DNA of 20,789 nucleotides, from positions 1 to 20,789 of the forward strand of contig CAVFGF010000020.1 of NCBI GenBank assembly GCA_963621925.1, written 5' to 3'. Source of the stretch: Alistipes onderdonkii. GTDB lineage: Bacteria > Bacillota > Clostridia > Lachnospirales > Lachnospiraceae. Positions 1 to 6,873 of the stretch are shown here, one piece after another (the first letter of the stretch is position 1; every line of letters begins with the position of its first letter). Under the pieces are notes generated by a model. It did not search any database, had not been told where the DNA came from, and saw nothing but the letters and a program-made list of their open reading frames with translations. Position numbers and translations under genes: made by a program.

Positions 1-55
1 ATCACTTACATACGCCCTCAGCAGCAGGTGCTTCGGGCTGGTTCTGAATAGTTAC
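1..55 (-). repeat. Window-truncated second copy of the MITE-like element (complete copy at 18068..18243), in inverted orientation
   Basis: Positions 1..55 match the reverse complement of 18068..18122 at 51/55 positions (mismatches at window positions 5, 8, 14, 27). Similarity stops exactly at the GTAAC terminus (pos 55) and runs off the left edge of the window. Confidence 0.85.
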
Positions 56-309
56 GCTTTTTCCTTCTCCAGAGCCTCCCGCACGGCACAGGCCAGCTGG
101 TCTCCGCAGGAGGTGGACTTGAAGCCACAGTGGATTCCCTTACATTTTTCCTCGATCTGCTCCACCGTCATGCCGTCCACCAGGCGGGAAACCGCCTGCA
201 GGTTGCCATTGCAGCCGCCGGTATAGACGACGTTCGTTACGACACCGTCGTTGATGTCGAACTGGATTTGCGTGGAACAGGTTCCTTTTGTCTTATATGT
301 GTAGTGCAT
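52..309 (-). CDS. Small TSCPD-domain protein (TIGR03905-like 4-Cys family), 85 aa
   Basis: ATG start preceded by AAAGGAGA. Motifs GGCNGN and TSCGDQLA are typical of the stand-alone TSCPD family. The stop codon TAA (52..54) lies inside the terminal GTAAC of the repeat at 1..55. Confidence 0.85.
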   Translation of the reverse strand: MHYTYKTKGTCSTQIQFDINDGVVTNVVYTGGCNGNLQAVSRLVDGMTVEQIEEKCKGIHCGFKSTSCGDQLACAVREALEKEKA

Positions 310-350
310 TTTCTTTGTCTCCTTTTATCGCTCACTTGATACAGATTCTC

Positions 351-379
351 ATTATAGCATATGGATGTAAGAACGGCAA
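351..379 (-). promoter_or_regulatory. Candidate sigma-A promoter of the TSCPD gene
   Basis: On the minus strand: TTGCCG (374..379), 17-nt spacer, TATAAT (351..356), about 40 nt upstream of the ATG at 309. Confidence 0.4.
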
Positions 380-395
380 TGTATCTAGGACGGAC

Positions 396-467
396 GACGC
401 CCACAAAGTTCTTTCGAGGTGTTCGGACGTTTCACGGACACCGTGCTGAAAGAAGTTTGTGGGCGTC
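396..467 (-). other. Long imperfect hairpin just downstream of the copA stop (no U-tract)
   Basis: Arms 396..415 and 448..467 pair at 19/20 positions. The apical stem 418..425 / 435..442 is 8 bp with one G-U pair. No T/A run follows on either strand. Confidence 0.6.
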
Positions 468-495
468 TGACTTTCACAGGGGCGACATCGGCGTT

Positions 496-3027
496 TTACT
501 GGATACCGGTTACTTTATAATCCTTGTCCTCAACAGCTTTCTTCAGCACATCGTCCGCCACCTCTGCGTTCAGCGTAACTACCGCGGTTCCTGCCTCATG
601 GCTTACCTCCGCTGCTTCTACGCCTGCGATGGCTTCCAGGGTTTTCTTTACTGTTGCCTCACAGTGTCCGCACATCATTCCTTCGATCTTCATCGTCTTT
701 GTCATCGTTGTTTCCTCCTTTTGGAAATCGGCTTTTGCCTTGATTTTTTTATCTTTGCTTGCGTCGTGCATTTTGAAAAGATTCAGACGCAGAGCATTCG
801 TTACCACACAGAAGCTGGAGAGGCTCATCGCCGCTGCACCGAACATCGGATTCAGCTTCCAGCCAAACAGCGGGATCCAGACTCCTGCTGCCAGCGGGAT
901 GCCGATAATGTTGTAGAAAAAGGCCCAGAACAGGTTTTCATGGATATTCCGCAAGGTCGCGCGGCTCAGGCGAATCGCTGCCGGCACGTCGCTTAGGCGG
1001 CTCTTCATCAGCACCACATCCGCGGCGTCGATGGCGATATCCGTACCGGCTCCGATGGCGATGCCCATATCCGCCCGCGTCAAGGCCGGAGCGTCGTTGA
1101 TGCCATCGCCTACCATCGCTACTTTACCCTTCTTTTTCAGGCTGCGAATGACGCTCTCCTTACCCTCCGGCAAAACACCGGCAATGACCTCGTCCACACC
1201 GGCCTGACGGCCGATGGCTTTGGCAGTGCGCTCATTGTCTCCGGTCAGCATCACTACGTGAATACCCATACCCTGCAGCTCGCGGACTGCCCGGGGGCTG
1301 TCCTCCTTGATGACATCGGCTACCGCAATAATACCGATGAGCTTGCCGTCTTTTGCGAAGAACAGCGGAGTCTTGCCCTCCTCCGCAAGGGTTTCCGCCT
1401 GCTTTCGGACAGTCTCTGTGATTTCCGCCGTCTCGCTGATATATTTCAGGTTGCCGCCGGTCAGGACTGCGCCGTCCAGCTTTCCGGTCAGGCCACCGCC
1501 CGGTACCGCCTGAAAGTCTGCCACTTCCAGAGAATCGTCTGCGCCGCGCTCCTTGCCGGTCTCCAGGATGGCTCTGGCCAGCGGATGCTCGCTCTTTTTC
1601 TCCAATGCATAAGCCAGCTTCAGAAGCTCTGCCTCCTCGACGCCCTCCGCCGGAAGGATGTCGGTGGTCTTCGGCTCGCCGCTGGTGATGGTTCCGGTCT
1701 TATCCAGGGCTACGATCTGGGTCTTCCCTGTAGCCTCCAGGGATGCTGCGGTCTTGAACATGATTCCGTTTTTCGCGCCCATGCCATTTCCTACCATGAT
1801 GGCTACGGGCGTCGCCAGACCCAGGGCGCAGGGGCAGCTGATAACCAGCACGGAGATACCGCGTGCCAGGGCAAAGCCTACGTTCTCGCCCGCCAGCAGC
1901 CACACGATGATGGTCACGACTGCGATGCTGATAACCGCCGGTACGAAGACGCCGGATACCCGATCCGCGATCTTCGCAATGGGCGCTTTCGTGGCCGCCG
2001 CGTCGCTGACCATCTGGATGATCTGGGACAATGTGGTATCCTCGCCCACGCGGGTGGCCTCGCAGCGGATGAAACCGGACTGGTTCAGGGTAGCCGCGGA
2101 GACCGCGTCGCCCACATTTTTATCCACCGGGATACTCTCGCCGGTCAGGGCGGACTCGTTCACTGCGCTATTACCCTCCAGAACGATACCGTCCACGGGT
2201 ATATTTTCACCGGGTCTGACGACGAAGATATCGCCCTTTCGAACCTGGCTGATGGGAACTTCTACTTCTGCGCCGTCCCGCACCAGAACCGCGGTCTTCG
2301 GAGCCAGCTTCATCAATCCCTTCAAAGCATCCGTCGTCTTGCCCTTGGAACGAGCCTCCAGCATCTTGCCCAGCGTAATGAGGGTCAGGATCATCGCGGC
2401 CGACTCAAAATAGAACTCATGCATATAGGCCATGACGGCATCCATATCGAGATTGACCTGGGCGACAGTCATCGCAAACAGCGCATAAGTGCTGTAGCCA
2501 AAGGATGCCGCCGATCCCAGAGCCACCAGGGTGTCCATATTCGGCGCTCTGTGCAACAACCCCTTGAAGCCATTGATAAAGAATTTCTGGTTGATGACCA
2601 TGACAATGACCGTCAGCAAAAGCTGCGCCAGTCCCATGGCCACATGATTTCCCTCCATGAAGCCCGGTACCGGCCAGTTCCACATCATATGGCCCATGGA
2701 TAGATACATCAGCGGCGCCAGGAAGATCAGCGACGCGATCAGTCTTCTTCGAATCTTCGGGGTCTCGGTGTCCTTCAGGAAATCGTCATCGGCTGCAGCG
2801 GGCGCTTTCGCACCGCCCTTCTCCGCGCCTTTTTCCGACGCTCCGTAGCCTGCGGCCTCCACCGCCGCGATGACGGCGGACGGTTCCGCAGTTCCTTCTA
2901 CGCCCATGGAGTTCGTTAAAAGGCTGACCGAGCAGGCGGTGACGCCCGGTACTTTATTCACCGCTTTTTCTACGCGGGCGCTGCAGGCTGCGCAGCTCAT
3001 GCCCGTTACGTTGTATTGCTTCATCAT
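496..3027 (-). CDS. copA: Copper-translocating P1B-type ATPase CopA with N-terminal and C-terminal heavy-metal-associated (HMA) domains, 843 aa
   Basis: N-terminal [14 protein letters not shown]. Transmembrane CPC motif [11 protein letters not shown]. Phosphorylation site DKTGTIT. Hinge GDGINDAP. C-terminal second [23 protein letters not shown] lies 6 nt upstream of the ATG. Confidence 0.97.
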   Translation of the reverse strand: MMKQYNVTGMSCAACSARVEKAVNKVPGVTACSVSLLTNSMGVEGTAEPSAVIAAVEAAGYGASEKGAEKGGAKAPAAADDDFLKDTETPKIRRRLIASLIFLAPLMYLSMGHMMWNWPVPGFMEGNHVAMGLAQLLLTVIVMVINQKFFINGFKGLLHRAPNMDTLVALGSAASFGYSTYALFAMTVAQVNLDMDAVMAYMHEFYFESAAMILTLITLGKMLEARSKGKTTDALKGLMKLAPKTAVLVRDGAEVEVPISQVRKGDIFVVRPGENIPVDGIVLEGNSAVNESALTGESIPVDKNVGDAVSAATLNQSGFIRCEATRVGEDTTLSQIIQMVSDAAATKAPIAKIADRVSGVFVPAVISIAVVTIIVWLLAGENVGFALARGISVLVISCPCALGLATPVAIMVGNGMGAKNGIMFKTAASLEATGKTQIVALDKTGTITSGEPKTTDILPAEGVEEAELLKLAYALEKKSEHPLARAILETGKERGADDSLEVADFQAVPGGGLTGKLDGAVLTGGNLKYISETAEITETVRKQAETLAEEGKTPLFFAKDGKLIGIIAVADVIKEDSPRAVRELQGMGIHVVMLTGDNERTAKAIGRQAGVDEVIAGVLPEGKESVIRSLKKKGKVAMVGDGINDAPALTRADMGIAIGAGTDIAIDAADVVLMKSRLSDVPAAIRLSRATLRNIHENLFWAFFYNIIGIPLAAGVWIPLFGWKLNPMFGAAAMSLSSFCVVTNALRLNLFKMHDASKDKKIKAKADFQKEETTMTKTMKIEGMMCGHCEATVKKTLEAIAGVEAAEVSHEAGTAVVTLNAEVADDVLKKAVEDKDYKVTGIQ

Positions 3028-3112
3028 CTATGTCTCCTCTTTTCTGCCGCCGTGATTTTCCTGCCTTTTTCCGGAAAATGGACGGACAGGCTTTTTCGTT
3101 CTTGTCTCCCGG

Positions 3113-3424
3113 TTACCGCATCAGCTTCTGCAGTACGGTTACCAGTTCGTCTATCGTCTCATCCTTGCCTTCCCGGATATCCTCCGCCACACAGGTGCGG
3201 ATGTGGTTGGCAAGCAGAACCTTATTGAAGCTGTTCAGCGCCGCGTTAATGGCTGACACCTGCACCAGGATATCCGTACAATAGCAATCAGTCTCCACCA
3301 TCCTGCGAACTCCCCGCACCTGCCCCTCGATCCGGCTCAGACGGTTCAGCAGATCCTTGTATTCCTTTTCCGTGCGCTCTTTTGTCTTATGGCCGCAGCA
3401 GCAACATTCTTTCTTTTCTTCCAT
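3113..3424 (-). CDS. csoR: CsoR-family copper-sensing transcriptional repressor, 103 aa
   Basis: DUF156/CsoR helical-bundle sequence LNRLSRIEGQVRGVRRM. C...H...C ligand pattern (DCYC ... HIRTC). N-terminal ECCCCGH cluster. Located immediately upstream of copA on the same strand. Confidence 0.93.
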   Translation of the reverse strand: MEEKKECCCCGHKTKERTEKEYKDLLNRLSRIEGQVRGVRRMVETDCYCTDILVQVSAINAALNSFNKVLLANHIRTCVAEDIREGKDETIDELVTVLQKLMR

Positions 3425-3456
3425 CGTTTTTCCTCTTCTTTCTGTGTCTCGCGCTT

Positions 3457-3485
3457 ATTATATACCCCCTTAGGGTATTTTGCAA
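3457..3485 (-). promoter_or_regulatory. csoR-copA promoter with an embedded CsoR-type operator
   Basis: Minus strand: TTGCAA (3480..3485), 17-nt spacer, TATAAT (3457..3462). The spacer holds the inverted repeat ATACCC-N5-GGGTAT (3462..3478), which resembles the known TACCC..GGGTA CsoR boxes. Confidence 0.65.
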
Positions 3486-3565
3486 GTCCAAATTTGGCGG
3501 ATATGCCACACCGACGAAATGCGAAGCATTTTGGAGGTTGGTTCTGAGCAGTTACCTATTTCGCA

Positions 3566-3597
3566 TAAAAAAAACAACCGTATGCTTTCATACGATT
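3566..3597 (-). terminator. Rho-independent terminator downstream of the SRP RNA
   Basis: Minus strand AATCGTATG-AAAG-CATACGGTT (9-bp stem, one G-U pair) followed by GTTTTTTTT. Confidence 0.7.
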
Positions 3598-3619
3598 GCT
3601 TTGTCTGTTCTTATTTTAA

Positions 3620-3890
3620 ATCCGCGCGTTCTGCTTTGAACCATGAAGCTGCACCGTTACCTCTGTAGCCGGCTCGGCTCAGGCGACCTCGCGGCACACA
3701 AGAGATTCTGCTTAGAGCTGCTCCATTCCTGACCTGACTCGATTCACAGATTCCTGTTGCGCAAGACCCAAGCGTCTATGCTGCTTGCAAAGGGCTGCAT
3801 ACAGTTCATAAAGTCCGAGGCAGAACATCACCCCTGCTGTAGCGGATTGCAGGTACAGGGAGCCGCTGATTCCCCGGCTGCGCGGAAGCT
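3620..3890 (-). ncRNA. ffs: Signal recognition particle RNA, large Bacillus type with Alu domain (~264 nt mature)
   Basis: The minus strand contains GTCAGGTCAGGAATGGAGCAGC (the conserved domain IV motif), GGGTCTTGCGCAA, GTGCCGCGAGGTCGCCTGAGCCGAGC and the Alu-domain stretch GCGGCTCCCTGTACCTGCAATCCGCT. The closing helix is CCGCGC (3880..3885) / GCGCGG (3622..3627). It sits directly downstream of tadA, as in B. subtilis (tadA-scr). Confidence 0.9.
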
Positions 3891-3930
3891 TTATGACTTT
3901 TTCTGGATCGTCTTTTGGGCGATCTTTTTC

Positions 3931-3959
3931 AGTATATCTTTAAACCTTACTTTTGTCAA
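3931..3959 (-). promoter_or_regulatory. Strong candidate promoter for the SRP RNA precursor, overlapping the tadA 3' end
   Basis: Minus strand TTGACA (3954..3959), 17-nt spacer, TATACT (3931..3936). It lies about 40 nt upstream of the first SRP helix. Confidence 0.6.
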
Positions 3960-4464
3960 CGATTTCCGAGGATTCTGACATCTCACTCGATGCTTTTTTC
4001 TGCTTTTGCTTCTCTGTCCGAAGCCTTCTGAAAAAATTACTCAGCATCGTGCTGCATTCCTCCTCCAGTACGCCCCGCTCCACGTCTACCTGATGGTTGA
4101 ATTCGGACATTTCCAGAAGATTCAGGATCGAGCCGGCGCAGCCTGCCTTCGGGTTCATGGCCCCGATGACCACCCGGCCCATTCTCGCCTGCACGATCGC
4201 ACCGGCGCACATCTGACAGGGCTCGAGGGTAATATACATCGTACAGTCCTCAAGCCTCCAGTCACCGGTCTTTTTGCTGGCCTTTCGGATGGCATTCAGC
4301 TCTGCATGGGACAGGGTGTTTTTATCGGTATTTCTCCGGTTATAGCCCCGGGCAATGATCCGGTCGTTCTGAACGATGACGCAGCCGATCGGCACCTCCA
4401 GAAGAGCCTCCGCCTTCTTCGCCTGCCGCAAAGCCTCCTTCATATATTTTTCATCTGCCGTCAT
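3940..4464 (-). CDS. tadA: tRNA-specific adenosine(34) deaminase, 174 aa
   Basis: CDA-fold zinc motifs HAELNAI and PCQMCAGAI. 4-nt ATGA overlap with the upstream rsmA. Confidence 0.93.
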   Translation of the reverse strand: MTADEKYMKEALRQAKKAEALLEVPIGCVIVQNDRIIARGYNRRNTDKNTLSHAELNAIRKASKKTGDWRLEDCTMYITLEPCQMCAGAIVQARMGRVVIGAMNPKAGCAGSILNLLEMSEFNHQVDVERGVLEEECSTMLSNFFRRLRTEKQKQKKASSEMSESSEIVDKSKV

Positions 4465-5366
4465 AGGGACTTTGCCTCTTTTCTTTCCGGCAGTTTTTCC
4501 AGCACCCGATTGGACAGCTCTGCAAACTGCTCCAGAGTCAGGGTCTCCCCGCGAACAGCCGGCGGAAGTCCCATCTCCTCCAGCACCTCTGTGGTCATTT
4601 CCTTGGGGATATGCAGCTCCGGCGCATTGCCGAGGCCGTTGACCAGGGTTTTTCTGCGTTGGTTGAAAGAGGCTCGGATGATCTGAAACATCAGCTTTTC
4701 ATCCTCTGCCTGCACCGGCACCTCGCTGTGACGGGTCAGGCGAATCACCGCCGAGCCTACCCGGGGTCTTGGCATAAAGCAGTTCGGCGGTACATTCGCC
4801 ACCAGCTCCGGCTTCGCGTAATACTGCACCGCCAGGGACAGGGCGCCGTAATCCTTGGAGCCCGGGCCGGTCTTCATCCGGTCAGCCACTTCTTTTTGCA
4901 CCATAATCGTAATGCTTTCCACCGGCACATGATTTTCGAAAAGACCCATGATAATCGGCGTCGTTATATAGTAAGGCAGATTTGCCACCACTTTGATGGG
5001 CTTTCCTGCGTTTTTCTCCTCGGCAAGTTTACATAAGTCTACCTTCAGGACATCCTCATGAATGACCGTCACATTGTCGTAGGCGCTTAAGGTATCCTCC
5101 AGAATCGGAATCAGCGCATCGTCGATCTCGATGGCCGCCACCTCTCTCGCGGACGCCGCCAGATACTGGGTCAGGGTACCGATACCCGGGCCGATCTCCA
5201 CGACAAAATCATCCTCGGTGATCTCGGCCGAGCGAATGATCTTGCCCAGCACATGCTCGTCGATCAGAAAGTTCTGGCCGTACTTTTTCTGGAATATAAA
5301 TTTATATTTATTTAAAATTTCGATGGTATTCTTGGGATTTCCCAGGGTGGGAACGGGTCTGCTCAT
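4461..5366 (-). CDS. rsmA: 16S rRNA (adenine1518/1519-N6)-dimethyltransferase, 301 aa
   Basis: KKYGQNFLIDEHVL and the SAM-binding motif VEIGPGIGTLT. KsgA-like length and C-terminal domain. Confidence 0.95.
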   Translation of the reverse strand: MSRPVPTLGNPKNTIEILNKYKFIFQKKYGQNFLIDEHVLGKIIRSAEITEDDFVVEIGPGIGTLTQYLAASAREVAAIEIDDALIPILEDTLSAYDNVTVIHEDVLKVDLCKLAEEKNAGKPIKVVANLPYYITTPIIMGLFENHVPVESITIMVQKEVADRMKTGPGSKDYGALSLAVQYYAKPELVANVPPNCFMPRPRVGSAVIRLTRHSEVPVQAEDEKLMFQIIRASFNQRRKTLVNGLGNAPELHIPKEMTTEVLEEMGLPPAVRGETLTLEQFAELSNRVLEKLPERKEAKSL

Positions 5367-5426
5367 ATAATTCTCCTCAAATAAATGGTTTTGCGAAGCC
5401 GATTTTGGGTTACAACTATCTGTCTT

Positions 5427-6200
5427 TTAAATCCGGCCTTCAAAATACATCTTCTTCGCATTCTGATCCGTCACCCGGATCACCTCATCGGTGTCCACGC
5501 CCTTCAGTTCCCCAATAGCCGCCGCGACATAAGGGAGATTCAGCGACGAATTCCGTTTTCCACGGTTAGGCTCCGGTGCCAGATACGGGCAGTCGGTCTC
5601 CAGAAGAATTCGCTCAAGGGGCAGCATTTTTACAACCTCCTTCAGCTTCTTCGCGTTCTTAAAGGTGACCACGCCGCCTATACCGATATAGTATCCCAGC
5701 TTCAGATATTCCTCGGCCATCTCCGGCGAATAGGAAAAGCAATGAATCACGCCGCGAAGCCGCTCATCCTGCGCTGCCTTGATCTCCTCCAGCGTATCCG
5801 CAGCCGCCTCCCGGCTGTGTACGATCATCGGAAGATTTGTCCGCTTCGCCAGCTCCATCTGAGCCCGAAACCATTTCTTCTGCAGGTCATGATTTTCCTT
5901 GTCCCAGTAATAATCCAGGCCAATCTCGCCCACGGCCACGGTCTTCGGATGCCGGCACTGCTCCTCCATCCAGGCAAAATTTTCCTCATTCAGTTCGCCC
6001 ACCTCGTCCGGGTGAACGCCCACCGCCGCGTACACGAACGGATACCGCTCCGCGAGCGCCAGGCTGCTCTTTACCGTCGAAAGGCTCGCACTCACATTTA
6101 CAATATACTCAATTCCTTCCCTCTGACATTGCTCCAGAACCGCCTCCCGATCCGCATCAAAGGCCTTATCATCATAATGGGCATGACTCTCAAATATCAT
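5427..6200 (-). CDS. tatD: TatD-family metal-dependent hydrolase (YabD-like), 257 aa
   Basis: SHAHYDD (HxH), VGEIGLDYY, VIHCFS and ETDCPYL motifs. AAGGAA lies upstream of the ATG. Confidence 0.92.
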   Translation of the reverse strand: MIFESHAHYDDKAFDADREAVLEQCQREGIEYIVNVSASLSTVKSSLALAERYPFVYAAVGVHPDEVGELNEENFAWMEEQCRHPKTVAVGEIGLDYYWDKENHDLQKKWFRAQMELAKRTNLPMIVHSREAAADTLEEIKAAQDERLRGVIHCFSYSPEMAEEYLKLGYYIGIGGVVTFKNAKKLKEVVKMLPLERILLETDCPYLAPEPNRGKRNSSLNLPYVAAAIGELKGVDTDEVIRVTDQNAKKMYFEGRI

Positions 6201-6237
6201 GGTATCGTTTCCTTCTATACTAATTAGGGAAACGCTG

Positions 6238-6266
6238 ATTAAATCAGTATTTCCTTAGACTATCAA
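6238..6266 (-). promoter_or_regulatory. Weak candidate tatD promoter overlapping a 13-bp palindrome
   Basis: Minus strand TTGATA (6261..6266), 17 nt, TTTAAT (6238..6243). The perfect palindrome CTGATTAAATCAG (6235..6247) covers the -10 hexamer. Confidence 0.3.
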
Positions 6267-6358
6267 TTCTGTTTAAGCATAGCATAAATGCGCGGATTTG
6301 TGAACCTCACATCCAAATTCCCCTTTTACCCGCTCCTCATTTTCCTTCTCAAAACTGC

Positions 6359-6414
6359 TTGACAACCCTCATTCCGAATAGTTATAATTATAACAATTTG
6401 AATTCTAACTATTT
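6359..6414 (+). promoter_or_regulatory. marR-reductase promoter with nested palindromic operator candidates
   Basis: TTGACA (6359..6364), 18 nt, TATAAT (6383..6388). A perfect 14-bp palindrome GTTATAATTATAAC (6381..6394) covers the -10. Outer inverted repeat AATAGTTA (6377..6384) / TAACTATT (6407..6414). Confidence 0.55.
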
Positions 6415-6432
6415 CATTCCGGAGGACAAGCT

Positions 6433-6873
6433 ATGGAAGCTTCCCTGCACTATCTAATCCTTGCAAATCACATGCAAGTACAGAAAGCTCTTTTAGAGCA
6501 GTTAAAAAATTCCGGCCTGACCATCGGCCAGCCCAAGGTACTGGATTATCTGAAGGACCACGACGGCAGCAGCCAGAAAAAGATTGCCCAGGGCTGCTTT
6601 CTGGAGGCAGGCTCTCTCACCTCCATCCTGAACCGAATGGAGGAAAAGCATCTCATCGAGCGGCGAATTCTGAACGGTAACCGCCGAACCTTCCATATCT
6701 TTATGACGGAGGAAGGCCGGAAAAGCCAACAGCTGGTGGCCGAAACCTTTTCCCGGATCGAAGAGCAGGCGCTCCGGGACATCCCGGCGGAAGAATACGC
6801 CGCATTCATGGAAACCTTTCAGAAAATCTATTACAATCTAAGCCAGTCGAAAGACGAAGGAGAAGAATCATGA
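6433..6873 (+). CDS. MarR-family transcriptional regulator, 146 aa
   Basis: Winged-helix region LTIGQPKVLDYL...SQKKIAQGCFLEAGSLTSILNRMEEKHLIERR. GGAGGA lies 6 nt upstream of the ATG. The stop overlaps the next start (ATGA at 6870..6873). Confidence 0.88.
   Translation: MEASLHYLILANHMQVQKALLEQLKNSGLTIGQPKVLDYLKDHDGSSQKKIAQGCFLEAGSLTSILNRMEEKHLIERRILNGNRRTFHIFMTEEGRKSQQLVAETFSRIEEQALRDIPAEEYAAFMETFQKIYYNLSQSKDEGEES

Noticed and set aside
1258-2703. Long antisense or alternative-frame ORFs in the track: 1258..2703 (+), 361..996 (+), 1658..2413 (+), 4006..4686 (+), 5385..6227 (+), 6831..8531 (-), 12230..13234 (+), 15786..16508 (+), 16798..17532 (+), 20106..20654 (+) and smaller ones.
   Set aside because: Each lies opposite, or out of frame within, a gene with clear family motifs (copA, tadA/rsmA, tatD, the reductase, Tad genes, metG). 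Their translations are low-complexity and rich in Arg, Ser, Pro and Gly. They lack ribosome-binding sites. They are shadow ORFs typical of coding regions with GC-rich third codon positions.
3028-3112. The csoR-copA intergenic region, with the TTTCCGGAAA palindrome and an imperfect CCTGCC/GGACAGG pairing, as a second operator or attenuator.
   Set aside because: It has no resemblance to the ATACCC..GGGTAT box. The stem is weak, with a bulge, and no U-run follows. It is most simply an untranslated spacer within the operon.
6377-6414. The shared 8-mer TAACTATT / AATAGTTA between the marR operator candidate and the MITE terminus (GTAACTATTCAG), as a possible MarR site carried by the element.
   Set aside because: An 8-mer is expected by chance about 0.6 times in 2 x 20.8 kb. 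The similarity does not extend beyond the 8-mer.
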